Of a stretch of DNA of 62,046 nt, positions 45,010 to 59,599 are shown one piece after another (positions within the stretch are counted from its first letter, which is position 1; each line of letters opens with the position of its first letter). The position numbers were made by a program, and so were the translations under genes. The notes under the pieces were generated by a model that was given only the letters and a program-made list of their open reading frames with translations, ran no database searches and was not told the DNA's origin. The DNA is taken from assembly GCF_001194135.2 (NCBI RefSeq), contig NC_068981.1, forward strand, positions 113,201,383 to 113,263,428, given 5' to 3'. This stretch comes from Octopus bimaculoides (lineage: Eukaryota).

Positions 45010-46880
45010 CTTCCCCTGAGGAACAAGCTGGTTTCTAACAAAGATACAAAGCTCCATCATTGGACCATAGATAACGCAAACAAAATCTCATTTTGAACTC
45101 AAGAAAAGTCTTGCATATATTTACTGCCCCACTTACAAATTATATTTGTAATATCTGAGTTAGCTGGCTGATTTCTTTGTTTTGATATTTCAGCTTATCC
45201 AAGGCGATGAGCTGGCAGACACGTTAGCACACTGGGTGAAATGCTTAGCAGTACTTTGTCTGTCTTTATGTTCTGAATTCAAATTCTGCCAAGATCAACT
45301 TTGTCTTCCATCCTTTTGGGGTTGATAAATTAAGTACCAGTTGCATACTGGTGTCACTCTGATTAACTGGCCCCCTCCCCCAAAATTTTGGGCCTTGTGC
45401 CTAGAGTAGAAAAAATATTTCAGTTTATCCAGATTGTCACTTAGGCATTTATTCACATAATTATTGGTATAAATGGGTATAAATGGCTATAGAAGCTGGA
45501 GGTTTCTAAGCAGTTGTCCATCATTGTCCTCTTTCTCTTAGATTTTTGGAGAGATATTCACATCAGCAGGGCAGCTGAGCTCCTTGATGGCACATGCGTT
45601 TTCTTGTCTGTCCTAAATAACAATACTTGACCTGTTATGTTAGCAGTTTGCAGAAGTTTTGAGAGTAATGTTCCATTAATATTCCTTATGTTGATGTTTA
45701 TGTATGTATTTAATAAAAGAGGGAAGGATCTCTGTGTTTATCCCAGGACAGTTTTCTTTTTTCAGAGGGCATTATATATTGTTTTAGCAACAATGTTGTG
45801 TCACATTAAGGAGTAGATTGATGACATTGGGACATCTGCTGATTATGTGTGTGGTGTCGTCCACAGAAATGTGACATAATCTATATTTTTTAGTTGCATT
45901 TTGGGGTTCCAAGAGCTTCACTTTTGTTCATTGGGTATTTTGTAGCATCCTCCTGCTCTTAGTTTACAAATACATAACCTTTGAAGTGGAATGTGATGTA
46001 ACAGTCTTTAGTCCAAAAGAAGTTGCTCTTCATGTTGACAGTACTGACATCTTCAAGTCATACTCATGCATAGCCTATTTTTGGCATGCTGAACATTTCA
46101 CATCCAGGTTTTCTTTAAGATATATTAGTTCAACTGCTTTGGGGTGTATGTGAAGTCATCTAGAAGAGAGTGCTTTCTGAGGAACTCACTGCCAACATAT
46201 AAGATGTTCTTTTTGCACTAGATTTATATATTGCTGTTGTCTAACAGGTATTGTCTGAGAGAAACTATACAGCATTCAAAGGCTGTTTTCACTGATCTCA
46301 AGCCTCAAACTCCTTTACTTCTTCTCATGTAGAGCTTGTCGGTATAACTGTTTCTGGAGGTATTTTTCATATATGTCAGGATCTTACTGTTTTAATGTCT
46401 ATGAAGTGAATTTCTTCCACAGATCACTCAATTATTCCAAATATTATAATCATCACTTGGTACTGCAAATGCATATTGTCTTGTTGTAAAAGCATATTTT
46501 TCTTAGTTTGGTTTAATATTCTTGGGTCACTCTATCATTATGCACAGCATCTTCATACAATATTTTCATCAATGCTGAGGTATTTGTAGCATTTTTCGTG
46601 TAGATCATGAGCTATAGAGGGACTGTTGATGTACAGGTTTTCTGTTTGAGGGTCTGATTTTTCCATGTTCAGCAATCAAGTATGAGTACTTCTTTTGGCA
46701 GAACTCCATTCCTATATCAGCTGAAAATATTAATTCCAGTGGTTTTTTGGTATTGTTAACATTTTTAGCATAGATCTTCAGGTCATCAACAAGGAAATTA
46801 TGGATTACATTGGTATCTCTAGCAGTTTGAAACTGGCTTGTAGTCATTGAATTTTTGTAACAGAAAGACCATCTCCCTGG
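45010..46880 (-). mobile_element. Degraded RLE-type (R4/NeSL-like) LINE: RT end, CCHC knuckle, RLE
   Basis: HNFLVDDLKIYAKN..FSADIGMEF; K(Y/C)RLCHISVDDTTHIISRCP..(R)HNIVAK; ..SCPADVNIS... Confidence 0.7.
45201..45414 (+). mobile_element. tRNA-like SINE, family 2, with 17-bp TSD
   Basis: aaggcgatgagctggcag..., B-box-like gaattcaaattctgcc; TSD atatttcag(c/t)ttatcca at 45185-45201 and 45415-45431. Confidence 0.82.
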
Positions 46881-46887
46881 ATATTCT

Positions 46888-48350
46888 TCATCATCATCAT
46901 CATCATCATCATATAACATCTATTTTCCATGCTGGCATGAGTTGGATGGCTTGACAGGAACTAGTAAGGCCAGGGGCTGTATCAAGTTCCATAGCCTGTT
47001 TTGGCTTGATTTCTATAGCCAGATACCTTTCCTAATGCCAACCACTCCACAGAGTGTACTGGATGCTTTTTATGTGGTACCCTCACAGGTGCATTTTAAT
47101 GGCACCAGCATCACTGCTTTTTACAAAGCACCTTGGTTTTAGGGTCTCAGTTTTGTTGCAGTAATGGTTTCAAGTGCAGCAATGTCCTCTGTCATCTCCT
47201 CCATAAGATTCAGCATTTTGAGATTGGCCTTCAGCACTTCATCTCATGTCTTCCACAACTTCACTCCCCTTTAAATGGTCAGCACTTCTTTATGCAACTG
47301 TCCTCATCCACCCACATCATGTGACCAAACCAACATAGTCTCCTCACTTGCTCACTGCATATAATTCCTCTTATGCCCAACTTCTCCCTCAGTATACCAA
47401 TACTCTGTCACATATGCACACTGACATTGCACATCCAGTAGAGCATACCAACTTCATTCCTCTCTAGCCTTTGCATGTCCTCTGCATTCAGGAGCCAAGT
47501 CTCACTACCATACAGCATTACAGTTTGTACATATGCGTCATACAATCTTCCCTTCACTCAGAGACAGAGGTAAAAGCTCTCTGAACTTTCCCCATCCTAT
47601 TCTTATTCTAGCAATTACACTTTCTATAGAACTTCCTCCACTGCTAATTAGGTCACCTGGGCAACAAAAAATATCTCCAGCTTCTAGAGAGCTACTGGGA
47701 CATTTAAGGAAATCAGTTTCCCATGTATTTGTAGTCTTTATGGCTCCTGTACATCTTCTACATACAAATACTACTTTCTCTGTTAACCTTCCTACAATTC
47801 CACTGCACCTGTTATATGTCCATAGCTTGTTCTGGGTACACCAAATGGAATTTCTACTGACACTCTTCCTACATATCAAGCAGGACCATTTACCTGATGG
47901 TTGAAGGATCCTGTCTGATTTCTTAGTTACCTTGGTCTTTGTTAAGTTTACTTACAGGTTCTCTTTCCATGCCTGGAATTTCTTTTCTAATTCTATTCCC
48001 CTATGAGGACAAGATCATCAGCATATAAGAGTTCCAATAAGCTTCCAGTTTTAAATTCCTCTGTTATGGCCTGGAGGACAATGATGAATAGGAGGGGCTG
48101 GAGACTGATGCTAAATTCATCAGTGTACCCATCGCCATCTCTTACCTTACTAACAGCACCCCTGTACATGGCCTCCACTGCTTTCACAAGCCGTTCATCT
48201 ATCCTCAGCTTCCTCAGGTTCCACCATATCACAGAGCAAGGTACTCCATCAAAGGTTGTCTCTATGTCAACAAATGCCTAGTACAATGGCTTGTTCTTAG
48301 GTAAATACTTCTTGCAGTTACCTGACTATGAAAATAGCATCAGTGGTGCT
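46888..48350 (-). mobile_element. RTE LINE copy 5 (RT C-half plus 3' UTR), degraded
   Basis: LLYADDLVLI, CRKSVSRNSIWC, RIRIGWGKFRELLPL; (CAT)n tail at 46888. Confidence 0.85.
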
Positions 48351-49069
48351 TCAACAATTCACAGGATGTAAAAATATTGTCAAGTTCACGGATGCACTCT
48401 GTTTATCTATATGCATTGTCATACATACATATGTGCATAAATATATGCTCAGTCACTCAAACCTCCTTCGAGGTGGTGGTGATTGAAAACATGATTTATT
48501 AAAATTGGCATGAATAGACAGTCATTCATGAAGATTTCTAGGAAACTTGAATTGGATTGGAAATTTTGACTGAAAATAAAGTACCTGTAGAAATGTATAG
48601 AGATTTGGTGAGAGTGAAATTGAATATTATGATAGAAACTGAAAGTTAAACCTGTAAGAGAGATCAACAGATTGTTAGATGGGAGAGAGAATTCAAGATA
48701 GAGAGGTAAATTGAAAGTGAAGGACTCAAGAACTGAAGGAAATTTGACTAATTCAAATATTGTCATATATATGTAAGGGGCAGCAACAATAATAACAATA
48801 ATTAAGAAGGTTGAAGAATAAGTATAAAATAAATATAAAAACAAACCAGTTTGCTTAGTTGTTTTAATTTAGATGTGTTGTGTAAGACCTCCAGAAGAGA
48901 AACTGAAAACTATTTGCTAATTTTCAACATGATATCTTAGAATCAACTAACCAATGAGAATTGAGCGAGAGTGTGGGAATGAGGGATGTTATAAATATTT
49001 CCCTGATGTTATACTAGAACACTAGTAAAATAAATTCTTTTCAATGCTTGGAAGGTTCCATAGAAGGAG

Positions 49070-49330
49070 TTGAAAACTTGTTATCTAGATGACCTAATTA
49101 ACTGTGGAGAAGGATGCTCTGAATGCATAGTAGCCAAAATTAGAACAGGGTGGAGAATGTTTGGGTTAGTATTACCTCTGTTGACAAGAGTAATTCTGTC
49201 TTCAAGCAAGGATTAGGAAGGGTATCCTGTCATAGAAACCATACCAAAGCAGACAATGGAGTCTGGTGCAGCTCTCTGGCTCACCAGTACCATACCAGCA
49301 TGGAAGATGAATGTTAAATGATGATGATGA
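49070..49330 (+). mobile_element. Internally deleted RTE fragment (RT piece fused to 3' tail)
   Basis: tagtagccaaaattagaacagggtgg (RIRIGW-like) joined to ttaggaagggtatcc...ccagcatggaag..gttaaatgatgatgatg. Confidence 0.6.
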
Positions 49331-49948
49331 CTGGAAACAACACTAGGGTTGACAGAAGAGAGTGAAGAGAAAGATAGAGTGGAGGGGTGGTCGTCTGTAC
49401 TTTAAAAAAAATGAAAAAAACACAGACCGCCCCCACCAAACTAAATTTTAAAAAAAGAATGAAAAAGAAAACGAAAATACATATATGGCTATCAAGGCCT
49501 CTAATAATAGACTGGTGAACTGTTTGGTAGCTATTGCGTCTGCCAAACGAGTAGAAAAAACGACTTCGAAAGACTTTTTCATATACAAGATAGGCCGGAA
49601 GGATTACGGACGGATTAAGAGAAGTAATTACAGAGGTATCAAATTGCTGGACAAGATCAAGAATGTTACTGAAAAGGTTATGGCCTAATTTAATAGAAAT
49701 AGAATTAGACTAGATATGATACAGTTTGGTTTTGTGCCAAGAAAAAGTACTGTTGACGCTATTTCCTTTGTAAGACAACCACTTTTGTGAAATTTTTGGT
49801 ATGCTGTAGAAGAGACTAGATTTATATCTAAAGTTGGTAATCTAGTCATATTCTTTGTTAGTGAGTCCTTTTCAATATAAGTATACTAATAATGTAAGAT
49901 TTCTCCTCTTTTTTTTTTATGATCATAGTTTTGGGCCTTTTCATAGTA

Positions 49949-51242
49949 CAGAGTTGAGCTGAAAAGTTTATAGGTTGACTATAAAGGAGTGATGCCACAC
50001 CTGTAAAATCTCGCATGCATTAATTTCAACTCTTTTTATTAATACCACTATTGCTTCTTTCCAGGTAAACTAAGCATCTGATTGTTCAAAGACGACTTCA
50101 AAAGTAACTAGTAGTGATTTTGCTTGAAAATGGACAAAATTTAGTATCATGTGTTATCAAGTACCTACAGAAAAAGGGCAAAGCTTGTTACATTAAGGGA
50201 TGATACTCCTGCTTTATCAACAATGCAAAAGTGGACAGCTGAATTTATCTACAGTGTGCAGCTGAATTTATCTACAGTGTGCAAGTGGGCAGCTGAAGTG
50301 AGTCTTGAAAATGATCCAAGATCTGAACGTCCTGCAATTGCCACCACTGAGGCAAATGTTGATTGTGTTCACCACATGGTGATGGGTGACAAGTGATTGA
50401 CTATAAATCAAATAGCCAATGCTATTAGCATATCCCATGAGATAGTTGAGAATATTCTGCACAATGAACATGGCATGGTTTCTGTTTGGTAGATGCCATG
50501 TCTTCTGACACTTGACCAAAGCTGATCACATCATGAGAAAATCTGACATTGTTGAGGCTGATCCAGCTGGTTTCCTTGTATGTTTCCTAACCCAAAATGA
50601 GTGTTGGGCTCATCACTCTGAGCCAGAGACAAAAAGACAATCCATGCTATGGAAACACCCCACCTCACCTGCTTCAAAGAAGGTCAAGGTCATTTCATCT
50701 GCAGGTAAAGTGACGGCCTCAGTTTTTGGGGATGTAAAAGGTATTGTATTTACTGACAATCTTCAAAAGGGCCACACCATCATTGGAGAGTACTATGCCA
50801 ACTTGCTGAGGCAGTTATGCAAGGCTATCAAGATCAAACTCACCAGAAAAACTGATGAAAGGGATCTTGTTTCATCAGAACAATGCTCCAGCACACAAAT
50901 CCTTGATTTCATTGGTTGAAGTGCTTGACTGTGTCTTCAACTGCTTGATCACCATCCCTATCCTCCTGATTTGGCCCTATCTGACTTTCATCTGATTCCC
51001 AACATAAAAAAAACACTTACCTGGGAACCAGTATTACAGTGATGATGATGATGTCATATCTGTTGTTGATGACTTTTTTGAGCAGCAGGATGAAAGCTTT
51101 TTCATCAATGGGATTCAGGCACTGCAACACTGATGGAAGTAGTGTGTGGAGTGCATGGGGTCTATGTTGAAAAATAAACCTCTTTTGGTCACATTTCATG
51201 AGTGTATCTTGGTCAGCCTAAAAACATTTCAACCAATCCTTG
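49949..51242 (+). mobile_element. Full-length (about 1.3 kb) decayed mariner element
   Basis: Degenerate TIRs (cagagttgagctgaaaagtttataggttgac / ggtcagcctaaaaacatttcaaccaatccttg) with TA on the left; SLENDPRSERP, TQNECWAHHSEPETKRQS, SAGKVTASVF, HPYPPDLALSDFHL. Confidence 0.88.
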
Positions 51243-51429
51243 TGTGTATCATTCGGAGACATAGATTAGACAAGATTTTATAGAAGACTGTATTCATCAT
51301 GACTACTACATTTCTTTTATTAGCCTCTTTAACTGTTTTTTCTTATCATTTTAAAAATTCCTTTATGTTGTCCCACTCACTCTTGCTGAAGTTTGATTTG
51401 GAGTTTTGTGTGTGTGAGTATGTGTGAGA

Positions 51430-51700
51430 GAGAGAGAGTTGATATGGATAATTTAAAATGTCCTTTTGGTGGAGTGGAATGGAGTTGCTGTTATTTCTTG
51501 CAATCAAATCATTATCATTGTTCTTGTTGTACAGCCTTTCTGTGAGTTATAATGTTCTATAGAATTCAGAAATATTGTCTTTCATTTCAGTGTAATTGTT
51601 TCTTTGAGGGATTGGTGTAAATTTTAGTCCTTTAGAGAGAACGTTAATTTTTGTGCCATTCATGTTTCATGATAAAAAATTTGGTCTAATCTTGTTTGTA
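51430..51700 (-). mobile_element. Possible Penelope-like N-terminal fragment
   Basis: INVLSKGLKFTPIP...EMKDNISEFYRTL on the minus strand. Confidence 0.5.
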
Positions 51701-51919
51701 TGGTGTCACCAAGTATTTCTCTTTCTGATGACAAGATCTAAAAAGTGATTACACTAATAACATCCACCAACCTGATTACAATATTCTAATCAGATTGGTT
51801 AATGTTATTAACATAGTTTACAGTGTGGATTTGTTGTATAGGATTGTGGGGTAAGTTTTTGAATTTTGTATTTCATTGGCATGTTATAGGAAGATCTCAC
51901 TGATTGTTTTTCATTTTCC

Positions 51920-54620
51920 ATACTGCCATAAGTAGGATGGTTTGGCAAGAGCTGGTAAGGCCAGTAGTCACACTAGGCTCCTTTGTCTGTTCCAGCATGG
52001 TTTCTACAGCTGGATTGCTTTCTAATGCCAACCACTTTACAGAGTGTACTGGGTGACTTTTACAGAGCACCAATGCCAGTGCATTTTATGTGGCACCCAC
52101 ATCAACAAGGTCACCAAACATCTTGCAAGACAAAACTCCTCAGCTGGGAGGAGGGAGTATTATTGAGGTGGAGTGGCTTTGTGCCAGTTGAGAGATAAAG
52201 GTATGGAGGAACAAGGATAGGTGTCTTGCTGTAAAGTAGATGTATAGATACACCAGTTGGAAGAGAAAGGAAAGCGAGTTAGGATGTAAGATAAAGAGAG
52301 CAGTTGAATAAGAGAGTAAGATAAAAAGAGCAATAGTGAAAGAGATGGTAGCAAAATATGTCCTCAAGGGATATTGGTGTTGGTGAGCATAAATGAGGTG
52401 ATATAGATGGAGGGGGTTGCAGTAGATAAGTGAGGTGTTAATGATGAGGAACAACATAAGGGAGAGAAGGCACAGAAAGGAGGTGATTGTGGAGGAAGAT
52501 AATGGGAAATGGAACTGGCCCAAGGTGGGGAGGATGGAAGCTGAGAAAGCAGTGGGGTGTAGTATATGCCTACTCTGCTCTCATGAGATAGAGATGTGAT
52601 GAGTTTTGGGGAATGAAGTATGGGGGGGGGGACAGATAGGTCAGAGAGTATGGAGGTGGGGTGGAGTAGAGCCCCTCATGGACAAGCATTACCAAGGTGG
52701 TTTTAGGATATCAATTCTGCTATGGTGGACAGGTCTTCTGGAGTACAACGAGGTGCCAGATATCTTGGTCTTTTGTCATCTCCTTCATAAGGCTCAGCAT
52801 CTTTAGATTGTAGATTGGAGATTGGACTTCAATACTTCATCCTATGTCTTCCTGGGCCTCCCACTTCCATAAGTCCCATTCACTTTAAGTGATCAGCACC
52901 TCTGTATGCAACTGTCCACATCCATAAACATCACATGACCAAATAGTCTTCTTTCATGTACACTGCATCTAATTCCTCTTATGTCTAGCTTTTCTCTCAG
53001 TACACTAGTGCTCTGTATACTGATATTGCACATCCAGTGGAACATGCTAACTTCAATTCTCTCTAGATTTCACATATCCTCTGTATTCAGGGCTCATGTC
53101 TCACTGTCATATAGCATTGCTGTTCATACACATGCATCATACAGTCTTCTTTTCACTCAGAGAAAGAGACCTAAAAGCTCTCTGAATTTTCTCTATCATA
53201 TTCTTATTCTAGCAATTACACTTTCCATACATCCTCCTCCACTGCTGATTTGGTCCCCTAGTGATTATCCACTACCTCTATAGAACCTCTGGAGCTTTCG
53301 AGAAAATCAATTTCCCATGCATCTGTAGACTTTATGGTTTCTGTGCATCTTCCACATACAAACATTACTTACTCTGTTAACTTTCCTATTATTCCACTGT
53401 GCCCACTTGCACTGGGGACACCATATGGAATTCCCACCTACACCTTTTCTATAAATCAAGCAGGACCATTACCTAAAGGGGGTAGGGTCCTGTCTGTTTT
53501 CTTGCTCAATAGAACCTTGTTCTTTTCTGTACACTAAATTCATCCCTGTACTCATGGTTAACTCTCACCTCACTGACAGAATCTCTGTACATGGCCTGTA
53601 CTGCTTTCACAAGCCACTCATCTATCCCTAGATTCCTCAGAGCCCACCATATCACACAGTCGAGTACTCAGCCAAAGGCTTTCTCTAATCAACAAATGCC
53701 AAGTTCAAAATATTCTTAGTCAAATATTTCTCCTACAGTTGCCTGATTATAAAGATTACATCAGTAATGCTTCTCTCCAGTACAAAACCAAACTGCATTT
53801 TATCTAATCTGATTATGTTCCAAAATAATTGGGCTGTAACTCTTTCAATAACTGTCATAACCTGGTCCAACAATTTGATACCTCTATAATTACTTCTATT
53901 TAAGGCATCTGCCTTAATCTTGTAGCAGCTGACTAATATGCTGCTACACCAGTCATTGGGGATTACACCTTTCTGACTAATCTGATTAACTATATGAGTG
54001 ACCAGTTTTACATTTTACATTTTACACTCTTCACTGAGAAATGATTTTTCACTTACAAGCATCTGCTTATCTTTGTTTCCGGTGAGAGTATGATCAATCT
54101 GGCTTGTCTGTTCATCAGATTGAAAAGTAATTAGGTGGTTGGTTTCCTGAAGTCAGTGTTGCAGATCAGCAAGTTATTTGCATCAACTCCAGGACCCTTG
54201 ATCCTACCTCATCTCTAGTGTAAAAGCACACTATAAAATCTATAGGAGTGTTGCCCAACATGACTGTTGAAGTTTCCAGCTATGATAATAAAGTCATTGT
54301 CCTTCGAAGGGACTCATAGAAACAGTCCTTCTATTCATCAGCTTGTCCAGCACATGGAGAATATGCAGCAATAAATGTCATTGTTACATTAGACAAGACT
54401 CTTCTTAACTTGCTAATCCTATCACATACCTCAACTACCTTGATCACCTTATCTGGCAGAAGCCTATCCCATCAGTACAGTCTATCCAGAAGAATTCATA
54501 TCAATGCTCCTTACCCACAAGCAATGTAGCTACCTCTTTCATGCATCAAGCGTCTACATTTCTCCACTAGAACACTTCAACAATCTCATCAGACCTACTT
54601 TTCATAATGCTGACATTGAT
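51920..54620 (-). mobile_element. RTE LINE copy 6, heavily degraded and deleted, with a purine-rich insert at about 52150-52680
   Basis: Reverse-complement matches to the RTE 3' UTR, RT (QFGFVL, NYRGIKLLDQ) and APE (AGNFN, NLLICNTDFRKP) segments. Confidence 0.75.
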
Positions 54621-57600
54621 TGTGGCTGTTCTAAGTTTGTGGACATGAAAAGAGTGGGAGAGTATGTGGAGGATTGTGTTTGACATCAGGGAAGAGGAAG
54701 AGTACTTTCTTGGGAACTTGCCTGGAGGCAGTGGATCCTTGGACATGTCAGTAAAAGCAGGATAGTTGTATATGTATAAGCTACTCAGTGATTACAATCT
54801 CCCCCAATTTCACAAAGTTTTCAGGAGCAAAGACCAGCAAGCATGGGAGGGGATGGGGTGGGTGTAGGTAAAGCAGTCATATGGTGCCAATCAAATTTAT
54901 TCTGGTAATATAGAGAGTAAGTGCACTCCTTACACACTCTTTCTCATGCACAAATATAAGTATATGAAATATATACATGGGCATTAGGCATAGAGGCATA
55001 TATACATATATATAATTGTAAATATAAGTAAACTAACTTGGGTGCCCAAAACATAAAACTGTATCACATGCATACATTCTGTTATACACTTTACATTCAC
55101 ACATACGTATGCATGCACACATCTGAATTTAATAAGGAGTGGGTGGGGTAAGGGAAATTAGTTTTAGTGGTTGCTCATGAGTCTTCACTTATATAAGCCC
55201 CTGAATATGTGGATTAATCTAGCAGAGAATTTAAAAATCTGTTTACACAAATCAGAGTCTTATAATAATTCTGCTTTTCATTGCATTTCTTAGCCCATTG
55301 GTAATGCTTTCACATGATTATAAAGAGGGGGAGAGAAGCATCCATGCCGTGAGGTAGAGGGAATGTTATTGTAATGCTTTCATGTAATTAGTTGAAGGGA
55401 AAGAGAGGAGAAAGAAAAATAAGAGAGAAAAAGAGGATAAGGTGAAGAGTGAAACAGAAAGAAAAAGAGGGAGAGAAAAGCGTTCATGACATGAGGTGGG
55501 GGGAACGTAATATTTATTACATGGTTAAAAAAGTTAGTTGAAAGTAGAGGAGGAGAGTTAAAAATATAATTTTATCAGCAGGGTGATGTTCTGATGGTAA
55601 GCTTAAAGAAAGGCACACAGAAAGAAGAGAGAGAGATGTGGTGGTGGTGATGGTGGTCTTGGTGGAGGTGGAGGTGGCAGTGGTGATTGGATAGTGAAAA
55701 ATGTTTTTTTTTTATTGAACTAAGTTTTTTTATATTATGTATCACTTAATGCATGTGCATATGTGCAATTCCATGAAATATTCACACTTATTTATGTAGC
55801 AGAAAAATGCAATTTAACTAAAGATTGTATCATATGTACAGAATTTTGTTTTGTTTATGGGGAAAATGGAAAACTAAGAGTGAATATTTTATGAGCGCTG
55901 TGTATTAAGTCTATAACATTGTGCATAAAGTGTATTAAGTAACCATCATTTTCCAATTTCTTTCACTTTTCAATGAGTAGCAGATGAGTGACTAACTTTC
56001 CATACAGACACAATACATGCTATGTTTTCAGGTTTTTCGGAAATAACCCAAAAGGTTTACCATTAATTTGTGAAATATTCATGGGTCCCGCCAGTTCAAA
56101 TAAACTTCCTTACTACCCCTACTTTGACAATGACAACGATGCCAAATAATATTAATATTCATTGGTATGGCATCTGTTGGTACAGGGAGAACACTATAGC
56201 AAAGAGACTGGGAAGTTTAAATGAATGTTAATGAAAATATGTATTCACGGATATTCCTAGCAATAATAATACAGTAAAAAAAACTGCAGCATTGGGGTTT
56301 TCTATCAATGAAATTGGAAGATCAAAACAGTAGGTAGCAAGTTACATTTTATTAACAAGAGAAAGAGAAATTTGTAAAGTGACTTATCTTAGAGCATGTA
56401 GACAGAGAAAGAAAAAAATATTAGCACATGTCTTGCTCATCAGCAGAAATATATTGAAAGTAGCTGCCCATGAGTGTTCACTTAAATAAGTCCCCAAACA
56501 TGTAGATTCATCTCACAGAGAATTTAAAAATCTGTTTGCACAACAAGAATTTGAATAACCTCCCTTACTACTCTTGCTATGATGACAACAACAACAATAA
56601 GTAATATTAATATTCATAGGCATAGCATCTATTGGTACAGAGAGAAAACTATAGCAAAGTTCTCACCTGCAATATATTTGAGGTGCTGCTCATGAGTCTT
56701 CTGCCTAAATAAGCCCCCAAACATGGGTACTGTCAACCTTGAGGGTAGTTATTTCTTATTTTATTACTTTTTAGTGAAGTACCCATGTCACTGGCTTGAT
56801 GGTAATTAGTAAATGTTGAGGCTGATCTTTTATCATATTGTTTAGAACAACCATGTGTGATTTTGTTTCTCTTTTTTTCATAAAAGATTCTCAGAAACGT
56901 CTCTTTTAGAAGTTGATTACATAATTTTCAAACCAGTTGGCATTTTTCCCTAGTGCTGAAGCAGTCACTACCCTTAAAGGTAGAAAATTTGCCTTTTGGA
57001 AAAGATTCAAAACAATAACAAGACTGATATATATGAGAACTAGTTTAACTCAGCATTTTCTTTCTGCCTATACATGCTAGGTCCTGCCCTTGCACCCAAT
57101 CTGCTCTATTAAGCATTTGCTCCAAACACCCATCCGTCTATCACTCTTCTAATTATGCACTACTTAGCTGCTGTAATTACTTGTAAGTAGAATCAGCACA
57201 TATTTCATCTTCCTCTTTTTCCTTATCAGTTACCTTTTTATCTCCCTGCAACCACTTCCTATTAACATCTATTCCTCATTTTCATTATCATCCCTTCCTG
57301 CACTATTTCTCACTGAACACTCCATTTCTGAGCCTTCTGTTTATTTCTTCCTCTCCTCTGAGCTACATCTTAGGTCTGTTATACCTCATCTTTAACACCT
57401 GTTATATCTACTATCTTTCTTAACACCTTTCCATATCCACCATCAATGCTCCCCACTATATCTCCCATCTCTAACCATCTAATACTATTCTCTCAACTGT
57501 TATGAAATTAGCCTCTCTCTCCTTCCCACTTCCTTGTTCCACCTTTCATATTCTCTCTTATACTCACCTTCTTGTACTTAGAGTTTGATTTGGCATGTCA

Positions 57601-57786
57601 TCACTGCAATTTACATCTTCTTCTAAGCTACTCCTACCCATCCTTATATAATGTGAGGCATTCGTGTATTTCCTCTATTGCAAGACATCTGTGTTTGTCC
57701 TTGTACCATACTTTAGCCTCTTAACATAATCTATCTCGCTTTTTCTCAAATATACCCTCATTCCTGTTAAGCGGGCTTATTCTTTT

Positions 57787-58575
57787 CATCATCATCAACA
57801 TTCAATGTCCGTTTTCCATGCTGGCATGGGTTGGATGGCTTGCCAGGAACTAGCAAGGCCAGGAGCATCACCAGGTTCCATAGTCTGTTTTGGCTTGATT
57901 TCTATGACTGAATGCCATTCCTAACACCAACCACTCTCCAGAATGTACTGGGTACTTTTTATGTGGCACCATCACCAGCACTTTTTACGCGGCATTAACA
58001 CCAGTGCTTTTTACATGACACCAGCACCCATATCTGTGCTTTCTATGTTGCAACTTTGTTTTATGATCTCAATTTTGTTGTGGGTTGGCGGGTCTTCTCA
58101 AGTACAGCAATGCGCCATACATCTTGGTCTTCTGTCATCTTTGTAAAGTTCAGCATTTTGAGACTGGCCTTCAATACTTCTTCCCGTGTTTTTCTGAGAT
58201 TCCCTCTTCCACTACTTCCCTTCACTTTGAGTGATCAGTACTTCTTTATGCAAATTTCTTCAACCATTCACATCATGTGACCAAACCAACACAGTCTCTT
58301 CTCTTGCACACTGCATATAATTCCTCTTATGCCCAACTTCTCTCTCTATACTCTGTTGCACATGCACACTGACTTTGCACATCCAGCAGAACATACCAGT
58401 TTTGTTCATCTCCAGTCTTTGCATGTCCTCTATGTTCAGGGCCCAAGTCTCACTACTATGCAGTATCGCAATTCGTACACATGCATCATGCAATCTTTCC
58501 TTCACTTGGAGAGAGAGACCTTTGGTTGCTGACAGAGGTAAAAGCTCTCTGAACTTTCCCTATCCTATTCTTATG
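57787..58575 (-). mobile_element. RTE LINE copy 7 (3' about 0.8 kb)
   Basis: LHDACVRIAILHSSETWAL; (CAT)n tail at 57787. Confidence 0.85.
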
Positions 58576-58609
58576 CTTTTCCAATTTCCTTTTCTCTTCT
58601 TATAACTTG

Positions 58610-58835
58610 CTTGGCAACCACACTAGTGCTGGTTGCATAGAAAAGCAGTACACACTGTAGTTGGCACGTGGAAGGACATCTAGCTCCAAAAACCATGCCA
58701 AAAATGACATTGAAATTCGATGGAGTCCTGCTACTTGTTGGATCCTGTCAAATGATCCAACCCATGCCAGCAAGGAAAAAAAAAACAGACATTAAATGGT
58801 GATGATGATGGTGACGACGATGATGATGATGATGT
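58610..58835 (+). mobile_element. RTE-tail/SINE-like fragment
   Basis: tccaacccatgccagca...gacattaaatggtgatgatg tail. Confidence 0.6.
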
Positions 58836-59477
58836 ATGCATGTATGGTTTTATGTGATTTTAGATTCACTGTTCCAAAATTAAATTATTTCATGTTCTCA
58901 TGACAGCATATATGTTTTGTAGATAGATCTCATTACATAAGTATACATAGGTTTTTAAAATTTTTACTTGGCAGATAGATACAAAATGGCTCAAGAGCCA
59001 AGAGTTTTGTCACTTTTGTAACTTACTACTAATTAAAAATAATAAAAAGGTGCACACATACACATGCACACACACATATATGGTGATTGCTCCATCTTCA
59101 CAAATGATTGCCACCTCTCTGAGCTTCCTCACTGTCAAGGGCACTTCTGACTTTCTGTCATTGATCTCTCGGATGACTATTCAGTCCCACTGCAAATCTG
59201 CTTAGTTTGAAGCATAGGTGACAGATGAAAGTTGTAACTTCCACTGGAGTGGTGTATGATTCCTGTGAATTGCCATATGTCACTGCAGACCCAAAATTGA
59301 CTTGTCAGCCCTTCCACACACTACACACATTGAATCACCCAATCTTGGAGGAAAAACATAGCATACAGCTAATCTATCAAGGGTCTTCAGGCGGTTGGCA
59401 TACTCAGCCTTAAAAGGAATATACAACCTCATATTTTACACATCCAACATCTTATGTTCATATCGAGGTTCTTTTAT

Positions 59478-59510
<33 letters not shown>

Positions 59511-59599
59511 GTGCAATTAATATCAGATATGCAGGCATAGCAGACTGTTTCAAATTTTTTTTTTAATGTTTCTTTCTACAATAATACCAACACCTCCAG

